Below are positions 22,806-34,700 of a stretch of DNA of 64,000 nucleotides, in pieces. The notes under the pieces are model-generated. The model did no database searches. It had not been told where the DNA came from and saw only the letters and a list, made by a program, of their open reading frames with translations. Source of the DNA: Macrostomum hystrix (Eukaryota > Animalia > Platyhelminthes). Position numbers and translations under genes: made by a program. The number at the start of each line of letters is the position of its first letter. Position 1 is the stretch's first letter. Where the stretch lies: the NCBI GenBank assembly GCA_950097015.1, contig CATNEN010000038.1, forward strand, positions 22,878,001 through 22,942,000, written 5' to 3'.

Positions 22806-23384
22806 TGGATTGATTGTAAGTACTCTGATTTTAAGTACTACTCCTTTACGCGATACCACCCGGATACTGCAATCGACAGTTAGATGTGCCTATCGCATTC
22901 CTATAGAAAAACTTAATTTACGCCTCAAGCAAGTTTTCCTACTAGCGACACATTCTCTCTAGCGAGCGGGCGAAATAGGCAGAACCGCACACATTTCAAA
23001 ATTGTACACTTAAATAATTCACGCTTTGAATCAGTTTTTTCTGAAAAATTTCCCCTTTCAATTCCGCGGGAAAACGTTGCAGTCTGCAACAGGAAAAATT
23101 GTTGCCTAAATTTACCCAAATACAAAGGCCTGTATGTATCGCGTTGTATCATTGCTTTTTTATAAAACTGTTTTCACATCCTTCAGTCAACTCAATTCAC
23201 TTTTACTTACGCCCGCCCTTCACGTGGGATTTTCTCATCTTTGATATTTTTCAAACTATTATGTTTTCGATTTTTACTTCTGTTTTTTGATGCATCACAA
23301 TCAGAATTGCCGACTTATTGCTCCGGCCTCTACTAACTTTGTTTCCTCTTTATATCTCCCAGCTCCATCCCCTTTCCCAACCTT

Positions 23385-23925
23385 CTCTCATCATCTCCCA
23401 TCTCCTCTCATCTCCAATCTCTAATCTTCAATGCCCAATCTCCCATCTCCAATCTCCAATCTCCAATCTCTTATCTCCCATCTCCCATCTCCAATCTCCC
23501 ATCTCCAATCTCTTATCTCCAATCTCCCATCCCCCATCTCCAATCTCCCATCTCTAATCTCCCATCTCCAATCTCTTATCTCCCATCTCTCATCTCTAAT
23601 CTCCCATCTCCAATCTCTTATCTCCAATCTCCCATCCCCCATCTCCAATCTCCCATCTCTAATCTCCCATCTCCAATCTCTTATCTCCCATCTCTCATCT
23701 CCAATCTCCCATCTCTAATCTCCCATCTCCAATCTCTTATCTACCATCTCCAATCTCCAATCTCCCATCTCTAATCTCTCATCTCCCATCTCCAATCTCC
23801 AATCTCCCATCCCCAATCTCTTATATCCCATCTTCAATCTCCAATCTCTAATCTCCTAACTCCCCTAATCTCCCATCTCTAATTTCCCATCTCAAATATC
23901 CCATTTCCCATCTCTAATCTCCCCT
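23385..23925. repeat. Degenerate 7-bp-based repeat (ATCTCCC/ATCTCCA/ATCTCTA)
   Basis: Low-complexity C/T/A tandem array. Confidence 0.85.
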
Positions 23926-24694
23926 AAAGCAGCAAAAATTCAATTCTGCAATTAGTATTTCATTTTTAATGTTATCCAACTGCCAGCTAACCGTGAATCA
24001 GTAGTCAGCACGCAGGCAAAACGCATTCATCATCTTCTTGAAACATTTTCTTCAACTATGCAGATCCAAGGCCAACTTTTTGGCTTTCAGCAGCGCTATA
24101 AGATATAGACAACCTGCTAGCTATAACTAGCAGTTCTCCCTAGCTTGCTAACATGCACCTCTGCCCCTTATAGATCCCAGGAAAATCTGGCCTACAAATA
24201 TGCGAGTACTTTAGCTACTTGGACGCAGCAGCTTGTGAAATAGCATATTATAAATTAGGGAGTTTATTTGGGATATTCTGCACAGAGTAAGAGAGGCGCA
24301 ATTACGAGAGTAGGTATTTGGCTGTGGAATTCACTAAATTTGCTAAACCCAGCTAAACCAGTGCGGCAGATTTTTTTGTCGCTAAACAAGGGATTAAGAT
24401 GCCGATAAACCCATTCTTAATAGTCCGCCACATGAGGCAACTTATAAATTGCTGGGGGATAGAACATTTCTTTAGTACAAGTTCAAGCGCATAGTTGTTG
24501 AATTATCGTCTATTCTTCCCTTCTCCTGCAGGCATGGGAGGATCGTGCCGTGACAGGCTTCTGCTTGCTTCTGCTCCTGGTCGTGAATTTTTCCGGAAAA
24601 AAACTTTTCTATTTTACCTCTTTTCGCTTTTCTAGTGCCGCAACTTGTTGAGCAGTGTCATATACGGCTAGCCTTCTCTGCCGGGACTCGCCTT

Positions 24695-26490
24695 GCTGTC
24701 TCTCTCCCGTTCTCCCCTGTCTCTCTCCCGTTCTCCCCTGTCTCTCTCCCGTTCTCCCCTGTCTCTCTCCCGTTCTCCCCTGTCTCTCTCCCGTTCTCCC
24801 CTGTCTCTCTCCCGTTCTCCCCTGTCTCTCTCCCGTTCTCCCCTGTCTCTCTCCCCGTTCTCCCCGTCTCTCTCCCGTTCTCCCCTGTCTCTCTCCCGTT
24901 CTCCCCTGTCTCTCTCCCGTTCTCCCCTGTCTCTCTCCCGTTCTCCCCTGTCTCTCTCCCGTTCTCCCAGTCTCTCTCCCCGTTCTCCCCGTCTCTCTCC
25001 CGTTCTCCCCGTCTCTCTCCCGTTCTCCCCGTCTCTCTCCCGTTCTCCCCTGTCTCTCTCCCGTTCTCCCCTGTCTCTCTCCCGTTCTCCCCTGTCTCTC
25101 TCCCGTTCTCCCCTGTCTCTCTCCCGTTCTCCCCTGTCTCTCTCCCGTTCTCCCAGTCTCTCTCCCCGTTCTCCCCGTCTCTCTCCCGTTCTCCCCGTCT
25201 CTCTCCCGTTCTCCCCGTCTCTCTCCCGTTCTCCCCTGTCTCTCTCCCGTTCTCAACCGTCTCTCTCCCGTTCTCAACCGTCTCTCTCCCGTTCTCAACC
25301 GTCTCTCTCCCGTTCTCCCCGTCTCTCTCCCGTTCTCCCCTGTCTCTCTCCCGTTCTCCCCTGTCTCTCTCCCGTTCTCCCCTGTCTCTCTCCCGTTCTC
25401 ACCTGTCTCTCTCCCGTTCTCACCTGTCTCTCTCCCCGTTCTCCCTGTCTCTCTCCCCGTTCTCCCAGTCTCTCTCCCCGTTCTCCCCGTCTCTCTCCCG
25501 TTCTCCCCGTCTCTCTCCCGTTCTCCCCGTCTCTCTCCCGTTCTCCCCTGTCTCTCTCCCGTTCTCCCCTGTCTCTCTCCCGTTCTCAACCGTCTCTCTC
25601 CCGTTCTCCCCGTCTCTCTCCCGTTCTCCCCTGTCTCTCTCCCGTTCTCACCTGTCTCTCTCCCCGTTCTCCCCGTCTCTCTCCCCGTTCTCCCCGTCTC
25701 TCTCCCGTTCTCCCCTGTCTCTCTCCCGTTCTCCACCGTCTCTCTCCCGTTCTCCCCGTCTCACTCCTGTTCTCCCCGTCTCTCTCCCGTTCTCCCCTGT
25801 CTCTCCCCTATTCTCCCCCTGACTCTCCTCCATTCTCCCCCTGACTCTCCCCCATTCTCCCCTGGCTCTCTCCTCCATTTTCCCCCAGTCTCTCCCCATT
25901 CTCCACCTTACTCCCCCCCATTCTCCCCTGGCTCTCTCCTCCATTCTCCCCTGGCTCTCTCCTCCATTCTCCCCCTGGCTCTCTCCTCCATTCTCCCCCT
26001 GGCTCTCTCCCCCATTCTCCCCCTGGCTCTCTCCTCCATTCTCCCCTGGCTCTCTCCCCCATTCTCCCCCAGGCTCTCTCACCCATTCTCCCCCTGGCTC
26101 TCTCCCCCATTCTTCCCATGGCTCTCTCCCCCATTCTCCCCCTGGCTCTCTCCCCCATTCTCCCCCTGGCTCTCTCCCCCATTCTTCCCATGGCTCTCTC
26201 CCCCATTCTCCTCCTGGCTCTCTCCCTAATTCTTCCCATGGCTCTCTCCCCCATTCTTCCCATGGCTCTCTCCCCCATTCTTCCCATGGCTCTCTCCCCC
26301 ATTCTTCCCATGGCTCTCTCCCCCATTCTTTCCATGGCTCTCTCCCCCATTCTCCCCCTGGCTCTCTCCCCCATTCTCCCCCTGGCTCTCTCCCCCATTC
26401 TCCCCCTGGCTCTCTCCCCCATTCTCCCCCTGGCTCTCTCCCCCATTCTCCCCCTGGCTCTCTCCCCCATTCTCTCCCTGACTCTCTCCA
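24695..26490. repeat. Pyrimidine-rich 20-21-bp array grading into a 24-bp array
   Basis: GTCTCTCTCCCGTTCTCCCCT units up to ~25800, then GGCTCTCTCCCCCATTCTCCCCCT units. Confidence 0.93.
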
Positions 26491-26962
26491 ATCATTCGAT
26501 AGCAACCAGTTAGTTTCGGAGACGCGATTAAAACGAGATTATCAGCTCATTTTGCAGAGCCGAAAACAATTAGTTTTTTTCAGTTTTTCATGGGGTCTCT
26601 CTCTCCGTATTTCTCTGTTTACCATTGTCTCATGGCAGTCGGTGTATTCACTGTTCATTGCAGTGAATAGCTTGGCTAGATGCAAACAATGTGCAGAGCT
26701 AACAATGCGTTACCTATGCAATTAATATACTCGTACTATGGATTGTTTATATTCATTTTGGTGCAATATTTCGCCATGCTAAGCCATATATATAATTCAA
26801 TTAAAGTTTGTATAATATAATCTGTTTTATTTGTTGTGAGCAATAATGCATTTAAATAATAGTGCAATTATTTAATATAATACCGCTGGGAGAAAACGAG
26901 ATGAGAACACACAGATTCAACGTTTTCCATGCGGCTTTTGTAAATAAATATGTTTCAATTAA

Positions 26963-27945
26963 CAGTAGGACTACGAAGGGGGAGGGGAATTTCCCCCCCC
27001 TGACAATTATTTTTGCTGCCCCCGAACGGAACAATGTAAGCACACGAAACTCAAGAACACGGGTCAACTCTTTGTTGCGCAACTTCTGAAACAAGAAACA
27101 AGTCGCCAGCTCTTCAGACCGTCGAGATATTCATGTTTTCTGGCCGAAGGTCCGATTTTTTCAATCAAAGAGCTAGTGTATTTCATACACCCCTATACAC
27201 GAATTTGCACTGCGCCCTCAGTGCGGCCTTGCCAGGCCTTCAAAATTGATCAACATGTCACCCGAATGTGCTTGTATCATCTCCGACTTCGGCGGTCACC
27301 GACCTTTATCTAGACGGAGCTGCTGGACCTTCAACAAGTGGAACCAGCCGACTATGGAGTCCCTAAGGCGAATTTCTCTATACTTTCGCTGATCAAGCCT
27401 CGACATTGGGCAACACTCAACTACTTTACATGCTCCTCTAGTCCGTCAACCAATCAGTCACCACCCCGACGCCGTCAGCACCGTCGGCAGGGTGCCTCCA
27501 GCTGGCAATGGAGTCCTTAAAGCGATTTTTTCTACTATTATAAAGCCTCGATATTGGCCTATACTCAACTATTACTTGTTTAAGGTCCAGCTGCTCCGTC
27601 TAGATAAAGATCGGTGACCGCCGAAGTCGGAGATGATGCAAGCACATTCGGGTGACATGTTGATCAATTTTGAAGGCCTGGCAAGGCCGTACTAAGGCGC
27701 AGTGCAAATTCGTGTATAGGGGTGTATGAAATACACTAGCTCTTATGGGAAAAATCGGACCTTCGGCCAGAAACATTGAATATCTCGACGGTCTGAAGAG
27801 CTGGCGACTTGTTTCTTGTTTCAGAAGATGCGCAACAAAAAGTTGGCCCATGTTCTTGAGTTTCGTGTGCTTACATTGTTCCGTTCGGGGGCAGCAAAAA
27901 TAATTGTCAGGGGGGGAATTCCCCCCCCCCTTGGTAGTTCTTCTG
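26963..27945. mobile_element. Non-autonomous DNA transposon (MITE/foldback-like) with ~375-bp terminal inverted repeats
   Basis: 26963-~27338 is the near-perfect reverse complement of ~27574-27945, with CAG...CTG ends. The ~235-bp core contains an internal duplicated motif. No transposase, and no clean TSD. Confidence 0.8.
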
Positions 27946-28795
27946 GTAATTCAAGCAAAAATGTTCTAGACTTTTTGCTTTGCTTGACCAAATTGAAGCG
28001 AATATTTTTATTTTCGCAAACAGTACACTATTTATAATCCATAGGACGCACAGAAAAAAACTTTTTAATAACAAGCATTATACTAAGTGTAAAATAAGAT
28101 AGCTTTAAGTTTCTGTTATTGAATAATAGGTGAACAACAGCAAGGCATAGAAATCGTTAATGTTTTATATAATAACGTAAATCAGGGTGAATATTTTTCT
28201 CTGATTTTAACACGTTTTTTTATGATCGAAAAAAACTTTAAATTTTAATATTTTGTTTAACTGCAGATTGTCTAGTGACAAATACTAACTATGCGTTTTA
28301 AAAAAATAGCGATTAAAATTAAAACAAACACAAACAGAGAGTATCATTTATTGGGTCGATAATTAGAGCGTAAAATTATATTAAATTAATTTTTTTTTTG
28401 ATAGCTTTAAAGTCGGTCTTACGTGCTCGTGCGTTAGTGTTCTAATAATAGCAACAGCTCAATGCATAAGCTTCGTTCCTTTTCTAATATTCTACTTCAA
28501 GTAGTTGAGAAATTGATTGTTAAACAGTTTGATTCTAGGTGCTATTATACTTTGTTGACGGGGTGAACACTATGAAATGATTTGGTGAGGTGAGTAAGGA
28601 GAGAATAAGAGTGCAGCGTATATGATTGCGTTTTTGAGGGTGAAGCTAGTGAGATAGTAGAACGATAAACAATTCATTTTTTATGTGTTTTTCTCTAATG
28701 CCCTTCAGCCAAAATAGGCAAATAGAAACTAAATATCATCATCAGATCTTCAATGTTCTTCTGTGGTATTTCTCAGTCAAAGTCTGTTCTTTTCG

Positions 28796-30364
28796 TCACA
28801 CCGCAGTCTCGATGTCCATGTCACCTCTGACGGCGGCAGCGGCGGCTGCCAGCGGGGCAGCAGCTTGCGCGTCCGGACTGTTGACATTCTCGTCTTCATC
28901 CGCGTCGGCTGTTGTCTTTGTCGAAAATCTGGTGCGCTCGGTGTTGTTGGTAGCGACTTCGTCCTCACCACCCGGCTTCGATCGACGTTTCGGCTTGTTG
29001 CAGCGACCTCCTGTCAGGCTCGTGCAGCTGCGAAGGCACAGGGCCTTCTTAAAGTACTGATCGTTAAAGAAGTAGACGAACACGTTCACAGTCGAGTCAG
29101 TCAGTGACAGGATGTAGGTCACCTGGTTTGTGGGAACCAGTTTTTCTTGTTAAAAAGCAATTTTCTTGTTGTTAGCCCTTAGTTATATAGAACAACTATT
29201 TATTTAATGTGTCCTGAAGGGTCCCAACAATGACTTTTCCCAAACCAGACGTTTCCCAATCTAAATTTTATCAAACTTAAAGTTTCCCAACCCTGAAGTT
29301 TCTCAGCCCTGAAGTTTCTCAAACCTGAAGTTTCCCAAACCTGAAGTTTCCCAGCCCTGAAGTTTCCCAAACCTGAAGTTTCCCAGCCCTGAAGTGCATA
29401 CCTGATAGATGTTCAGTAGAGTCTTCTGCGACACCGAGCTCAACTGTTTATTAAACAGAGTTGACGCCAGAAACACGAACGCCCTCGGTGACTCGAGCAG
29501 AGTGAAGGCCAGCGAGAAAATGAACACCATCCGGGTGATGCGCTTGTTCCTCTCCGAGCTGTCCACCAGGCTGTTGGTGCGCAGCGAATAGACGAGCAGC
29601 ACGGAGGAGGTCACAATGCAGGTCCATGGTATCATCTGGCTCAGTGTGGTCCACACCATGTTCACCGTTCGTCTCTTGGCCTCCTGATCTTTAGTGACGT
29701 GAACAATGAGAGTGCCCGGATGCTTCCAATGGCTGATGTTGCAGACGTGAAAGTCCAAATTGAACACATTGCCAGCGTGGTTGACGCTGCTCCGAATCAA
29801 GCTGAGAATGATGACAACTAGCAGTTGACAGCCGAACAGTAGACTAATCCGCTTCACGCTGTAGATCTGGCTGACGTTGACGCTAGTCCGTCTGGTAGCA
29901 ACGTACCAGCGCAGTAGGGCGGTGATGGCCACCCAGCTGTTTCTAGCAAACTGTGACACCACGCATAGGTAGGCTGACAGCACTACCAGGCTATAATACA
30001 GGCTTACCAATGCCGCATTCTCAGTTGGCAGGTAGATTGAAAATCTAAAATATGTCGCATTATCGTCATCGTCAATGCCAGTCCAGGATAGATTTAGCAC
30101 CTGTCTGGAGTTTAAAATATTGGCATAGGTGACACCGCTAGCCAGACAAAATGTCACCTCGCACGCCGATAGAAACACCAGAAAGATGTGGAAACTATTC
30201 CTATTACTTGGCTTGCTTAGTACGCGCAGGAATACCGTCAGTGATAGAATGTTTAGCAGCAGACCGACGGAAGCAGCCAAGATTGTCAAAGACTCCTTCA
30301 TCGGTGTCGGAGTCTGGGAAAAGTACAGACTCTCCCGGACTCCGGTGCAATGGCCTTGAAGCAT
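28796..30364 (-). CDS. Orphan class A (rhodopsin-like) 7TM GPCR, ~429 aa, 2 exons
   Basis: Exons 30364-29402 and 29122-28796, phase 0 (CAG|GTATGC...CAG|GTG). Seven hydrophobic segments: TM1 GLLLNILSL, TM3 ARNSW...LRWYVA, TM5 MIPW, TM6 FTLLESP, TM7 DSTVNVFVY, then helix 8 YFKKAL. Confidence 0.85.
29240..29394. repeat. Intronic ~16-bp tandem repeat
   Basis: CCTGAAGTTTCCCAAA units inside the GPCR intron. Confidence 0.8.
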
Positions 30365-30772
30365 GTTCTAGACAAAGTCTGCTTTAAAAAGAGCAGGAAA
30401 TTAACACTAGACTTAAAATGGTGCGTGTTGATCAGCAGTTGAAAACTTCCGAGAGAACTGTGACATGTTCTGGCAAATAATGTCACAGGCAGGCAATTTT
30501 ATTTGACCGACAACCCTCCTTTTGCTCCGTAACAAACCCCAATGGCGGATGAGAAACTGAGGGAAAAAACTGCCGAGAAATTGTCTGGGATTGGTTGCCG
30601 AAATTCCTAACTATTGCAGCCTATGATTTGCCCGCCTGTCTGCCTTTCTATTTGTTGAAGCTGCTAGAGTCCATACTAAATCATTCCGTTACCGATGCAG
30701 CCATTTGACTGCTTCGCGACTGTTAAGTAGGGCTTTGGTTGCATGTTGAAGACCTGCTTGATTGACAGTTTT

Positions 30773-32069
30773 AGTGTGGGAAGAGCAGTGCAAGTGTGGG
30801 ATAGACAGTTGAGGTGTGGGATAGACAGTTGGAGTGTGGGATAGACAGTTGGGGTGTGGGATAGACAGTTGGAGTGTGGGATAGACAGTTGGAGTGTGGG
30901 ATAGACAGTTAAGGTGTGGGATAGACAGTTGGGGTGTGGGATAGACAGTTGGGGTGTGGGATAGACAGTTGAGGTGTGGGATAGACAGTTGGAGTGTGGG
31001 ATAGACAGTTGGGGTGTGGGATAGACAGTTGGGGTGTGGGATAGACAGTTGGGGTGTGGGATAGACAGTAAGAGGTGTGGGATAGACAGTTGGGGTGTGA
31101 GATAGACAGTAGAGGTGTGGGATAGACAGTTGGGGTGTGGGATAGACAGTAAGAGGTGTGGGATAGACAGTTGGGGTGTGGGATAGACAGTAGAGGTGTG
31201 GGATAGACAGTTAAGGTGTGGGATAGACAGTTAAGGTGTGGGATAGACAGTTGGGGTGTGGGATAGACAGTAGAGGTGTGGGATAGACAGTTAAGGTGTG
31301 GGATAGACAGTAGAGGTGTGGGATAGACAGTAGAGGTGTGGGATAGACAGTAGAGGTGTGGGATAGACAGTTGGGGTGTGGGATAGACAGTTGGGGTGTG
31401 GGATAGACAGTAGAGGTGTGGGATAGACAGTAGAGGTGTGGGATAGACAGTTGGGGTGTGGGATAGACAGTTGGGGTGTGGGATAGACAGTAAGAGGTGT
31501 GGGATAGACAGTAGAGGTGTGGAATAGACAGTTGGGGTGTGGGATAGACAGTTGGGGTGTGGGATAGACAGTAGAGGTGTGGAATAGACAGTTGGGGTGT
31601 GGGATAGACAGTTGGGGTGTGGGATAGACAGTTGGGGTGTGGGATAGACAGTTGGGGTGTGGGATAGACAGTTGGGGTGTGGAATAGACAGTTGGGGTGT
31701 GGGATAGACAGTTGGGGTGTGGGATAGACAGTTGGGGTGTGGGATAGACAGTAGAGGTGTGGGATAGACAGTTGGGGTGTGGGATAGACAGTAGAGGTGT
31801 GGGATAGACAGTTGGGGTGTGGGATAGACAGTAGAGGTGTGGGATAGACAGTTGGGGTGTGGGATAGACAGTTAGGGTGTGGGATAGACAGTTAAGGTGT
31901 GGGATAGACAGTTAAGGTGTGGGATAGACAGTTGGGGTGTGGGATAGACAGTAGAGGTGTGGGATAGACAGTTAGGGTGTGGGATAGACAGTTAGGGTGT
32001 GGGATAGACAGTTGGGGTGTGGGATAGACAGCAGAGGTGTGGGATAGAAAATGTTGGTGTGGGATAGAC
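30773..32069. repeat. 20-bp G-rich minisatellite
   Basis: GTGTGGGATAGACAGTTGGG variants. Confidence 0.96.
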
Positions 32070-32442
32070 GTACAATATCACAGATTTCAATACATACTAT
32101 TCCCGAAAAAACCAAAAGTACATACATTGGCAACATAAGGAAAATTATCTGTAATGATTGCATTGGTGTAAAAACAAAAATTTCTCTTGATTTTTTGCTG
32201 CACTTAATTGTCTCATCTGTTGGGGAAACTGAAAACGGAAGGCCGGGCCCGGAAAGTGGCGAAAGAAATTTCAGGATTCAGGAAACGCTATGCACACCTG
32301 GTAGAATTAAAGGTGTGAAACAGGTCAAGCTTGCTTCCAGCCTTGCTTTTAATCGTTAGATTCTCAGAGGCAAACCATTTTCATTTCAAATTTGCTGAAT
32401 CTTGCGCATGGGGCCTGTTTATAGGTAAAAGAGAATTTTGTG

Positions 32443-32925
32443 ACCTTGGGGGGAATTCCTAAACTAAAATTAGGGAATCCGGAGACCTTGGGGAATTCCT
32501 AAAATAGGGAATCCAGAGACCTTGGGGAATTCCTATAATATGGAATCCGGAGACCTTGGGAAATCCTAAAAAAGGGAATCTGGAGACTTTAGGGAATTCC
32601 TAAAATATGGAATCTGGAGACCTTGGGTAATCCAAAAATAGGGAATCCGGAGACTTTAGGGAATTCCTAAAATAGGGAATCTGGAGACCTTGGGGAATTC
32701 CAAAAATACAAATAGGGAATCCGGAGGCCTTGGGGAATCCCGAAAATACAAGTTGGGAATCCGGAGACTTTAGGGAATTCCAGAAATACAAATTGGGAAT
32801 CCGGAGACCTTGTGAAATTCCTAAAATAGTGAATCTGGAGACCTTTGGGAATTCCAGAAATACAAATAGGGAATCCGAAGACCTTGGGGAATTCCAGAAA
32901 TACAAATAGGGAATCCGATGACCTT
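32443..32925. repeat. Degenerate 35-41-bp minisatellite
   Basis: AATAGGGAATCCGGAGACCTTGGGGAATTCC units. Confidence 0.85.
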
Positions 32926-33434
32926 GACCTTCATGCATCCTTCTTATTTATCGTTTATAAATAACTCTTTAATCTAGATGGTTTAAAACGGCATTGTGAT
33001 TAAAAAATAGCATTTTTCAAACTGCTTACGCTCCAACATTGGTTTTCATGTGTCTAAATTTTCTTTGTAAGAAGATTTGATTGATGAATCTTCTTTGTTG
33101 ATTGGCATTCTGCTTTTTGAAGCATTCGTCAATTAATCCTTTGTAACATTTAAGAGGCTAGGCCATATGGTCTCAGCTACACGAGAATTTGCTTTAATCT
33201 CATCGGGCTATATTAAATTATACCAATTATTTCTATCGGATTTCATGGCCACTCCGCGTGATACTGGAAAAGGATCAGCTTCCGTCTTCATCTAAAGGCC
33301 AGCCCAAATCAGGAAGAAAAAAATTTTACGTAGAAAATTGTCATTTTTAATGGATGCATTAATCATATTTAGGTCGTATTTAGATTGCAGAATAATGGAT
33401 TTACTTTGCCCGCGAATATTTATTTTCAATAAAC

Positions 33435-34700
33435 CTAGCTGTGGCTTCACCGGGGACATTAGCCTTGCAGGGCGTTAGCTTAGCCTTCAGTGGCTATCAA
33501 ATATTTATTGCTCATGAAATGCCTGCGTGCGCACTCTAAGACACATTGGATGCATAATAAATTAAACAACTACCCCTCCGCATCCAGCCTAGACGGAAAA
33601 CCGCGCGCCACCGCAGCCAATCACAGCGCGCTACGGGGAAACTCTTTGACTGTTTCTATTTTTAGAAACAAATAGAGAATGACACCTACGTTACGCTACG
33701 CTACGGGGAAACTCTTTGGCTGTTTCTATTTTTAGAAACAAACAGAGAATGACACTTACGTAGGATGTAACAGATGTGCTCGTAACAGTGGCGGTGTTTA
33801 CCAAGGCTGTGTACGGCTGTTCAGTTCATGGACTGGGACGCAGCTACACCAACCAAAAAAGGAAATCGATGTTTTCACAATTAAAGCTTGACAGCTGAAA
33901 TCGATTAAGCCATAAATAAGGGCACTGGCTAATATAGAAAGTTAAGCATTTAATTAAACGCAGTCATTAAATTTGTACAGGAAAATAGAAAATTTCCTAT
34001 CTCCGTAGTGTATTTTTAGCGAAACCTAGCTTAATCTTAAACTTTTTCTTAAAAACGTGGTTTCCCGTCCTTCTGCTCCTAGTGGTCCTTGAAAAAGTCT
34101 TGCTTGGAATTCCGCATTCAACTATAAATTTACATGAGATTTCCATGTCTCCCAAGGGTCTCCCAAGATAACAAAGAACTATAAAAAATGCGTAATCAAT
34201 TTTGGTCAAGATCGTCAAATGCCTGAATTATTATATATTGTTATAGTCTTAATAAGCCAACCGATATCAAAAGACGATGTCGGAAAAATACAGAAATAAA
34301 GTGCGGCTTAAAAATTGCCATAACAGCACGCATGCGGGAAACAGGTAATACTTGAAGCTGATTATTTTAAAAGGCTAACCGAAATCTTAAAAAAGTAATC
34401 TACATCTGGTGTGTATATGCACACTGGATGCTATATACTACAATATATATTATTTAGTGTGTGTATATATACCCTAATGTTATATCTAGAGAGGAAGGAA
34501 AGCAGAAAGGCCAAGAAACGGATAAACTTCATTTAGAGACTGACAGGTGAAACGCAGGATGCCTTTATCTCGTTTTGTTAGTAGATTAATATAGTAGATA
34601 ATACGTCGAATCCCACACATGGCGAAAATACGAAAAATGGAGGGAGGGAAAAATCCAAAAAGACCCCCCTGCCAGATGCACACGCCCTATTTATTATAGA
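33435..34700 (-). mobile_element. Possible non-autonomous Helitron remnant
   Basis: Minus strand begins TCTATAATAAATAGG and ends CCCCGGTGAAGCCACAGCTAG, resembling TC.../hairpin-CTAG termini. The flanks are not the canonical A|T. Confidence 0.35.

Noticed and set aside
20850-24690. Short ORFs and exon-like segments at 20850-21260 and 24000-24690
   Set aside because: They could not be assembled into a consistent spliced frame or matched to any family; a non-coding or unrecognised gene is not excluded.
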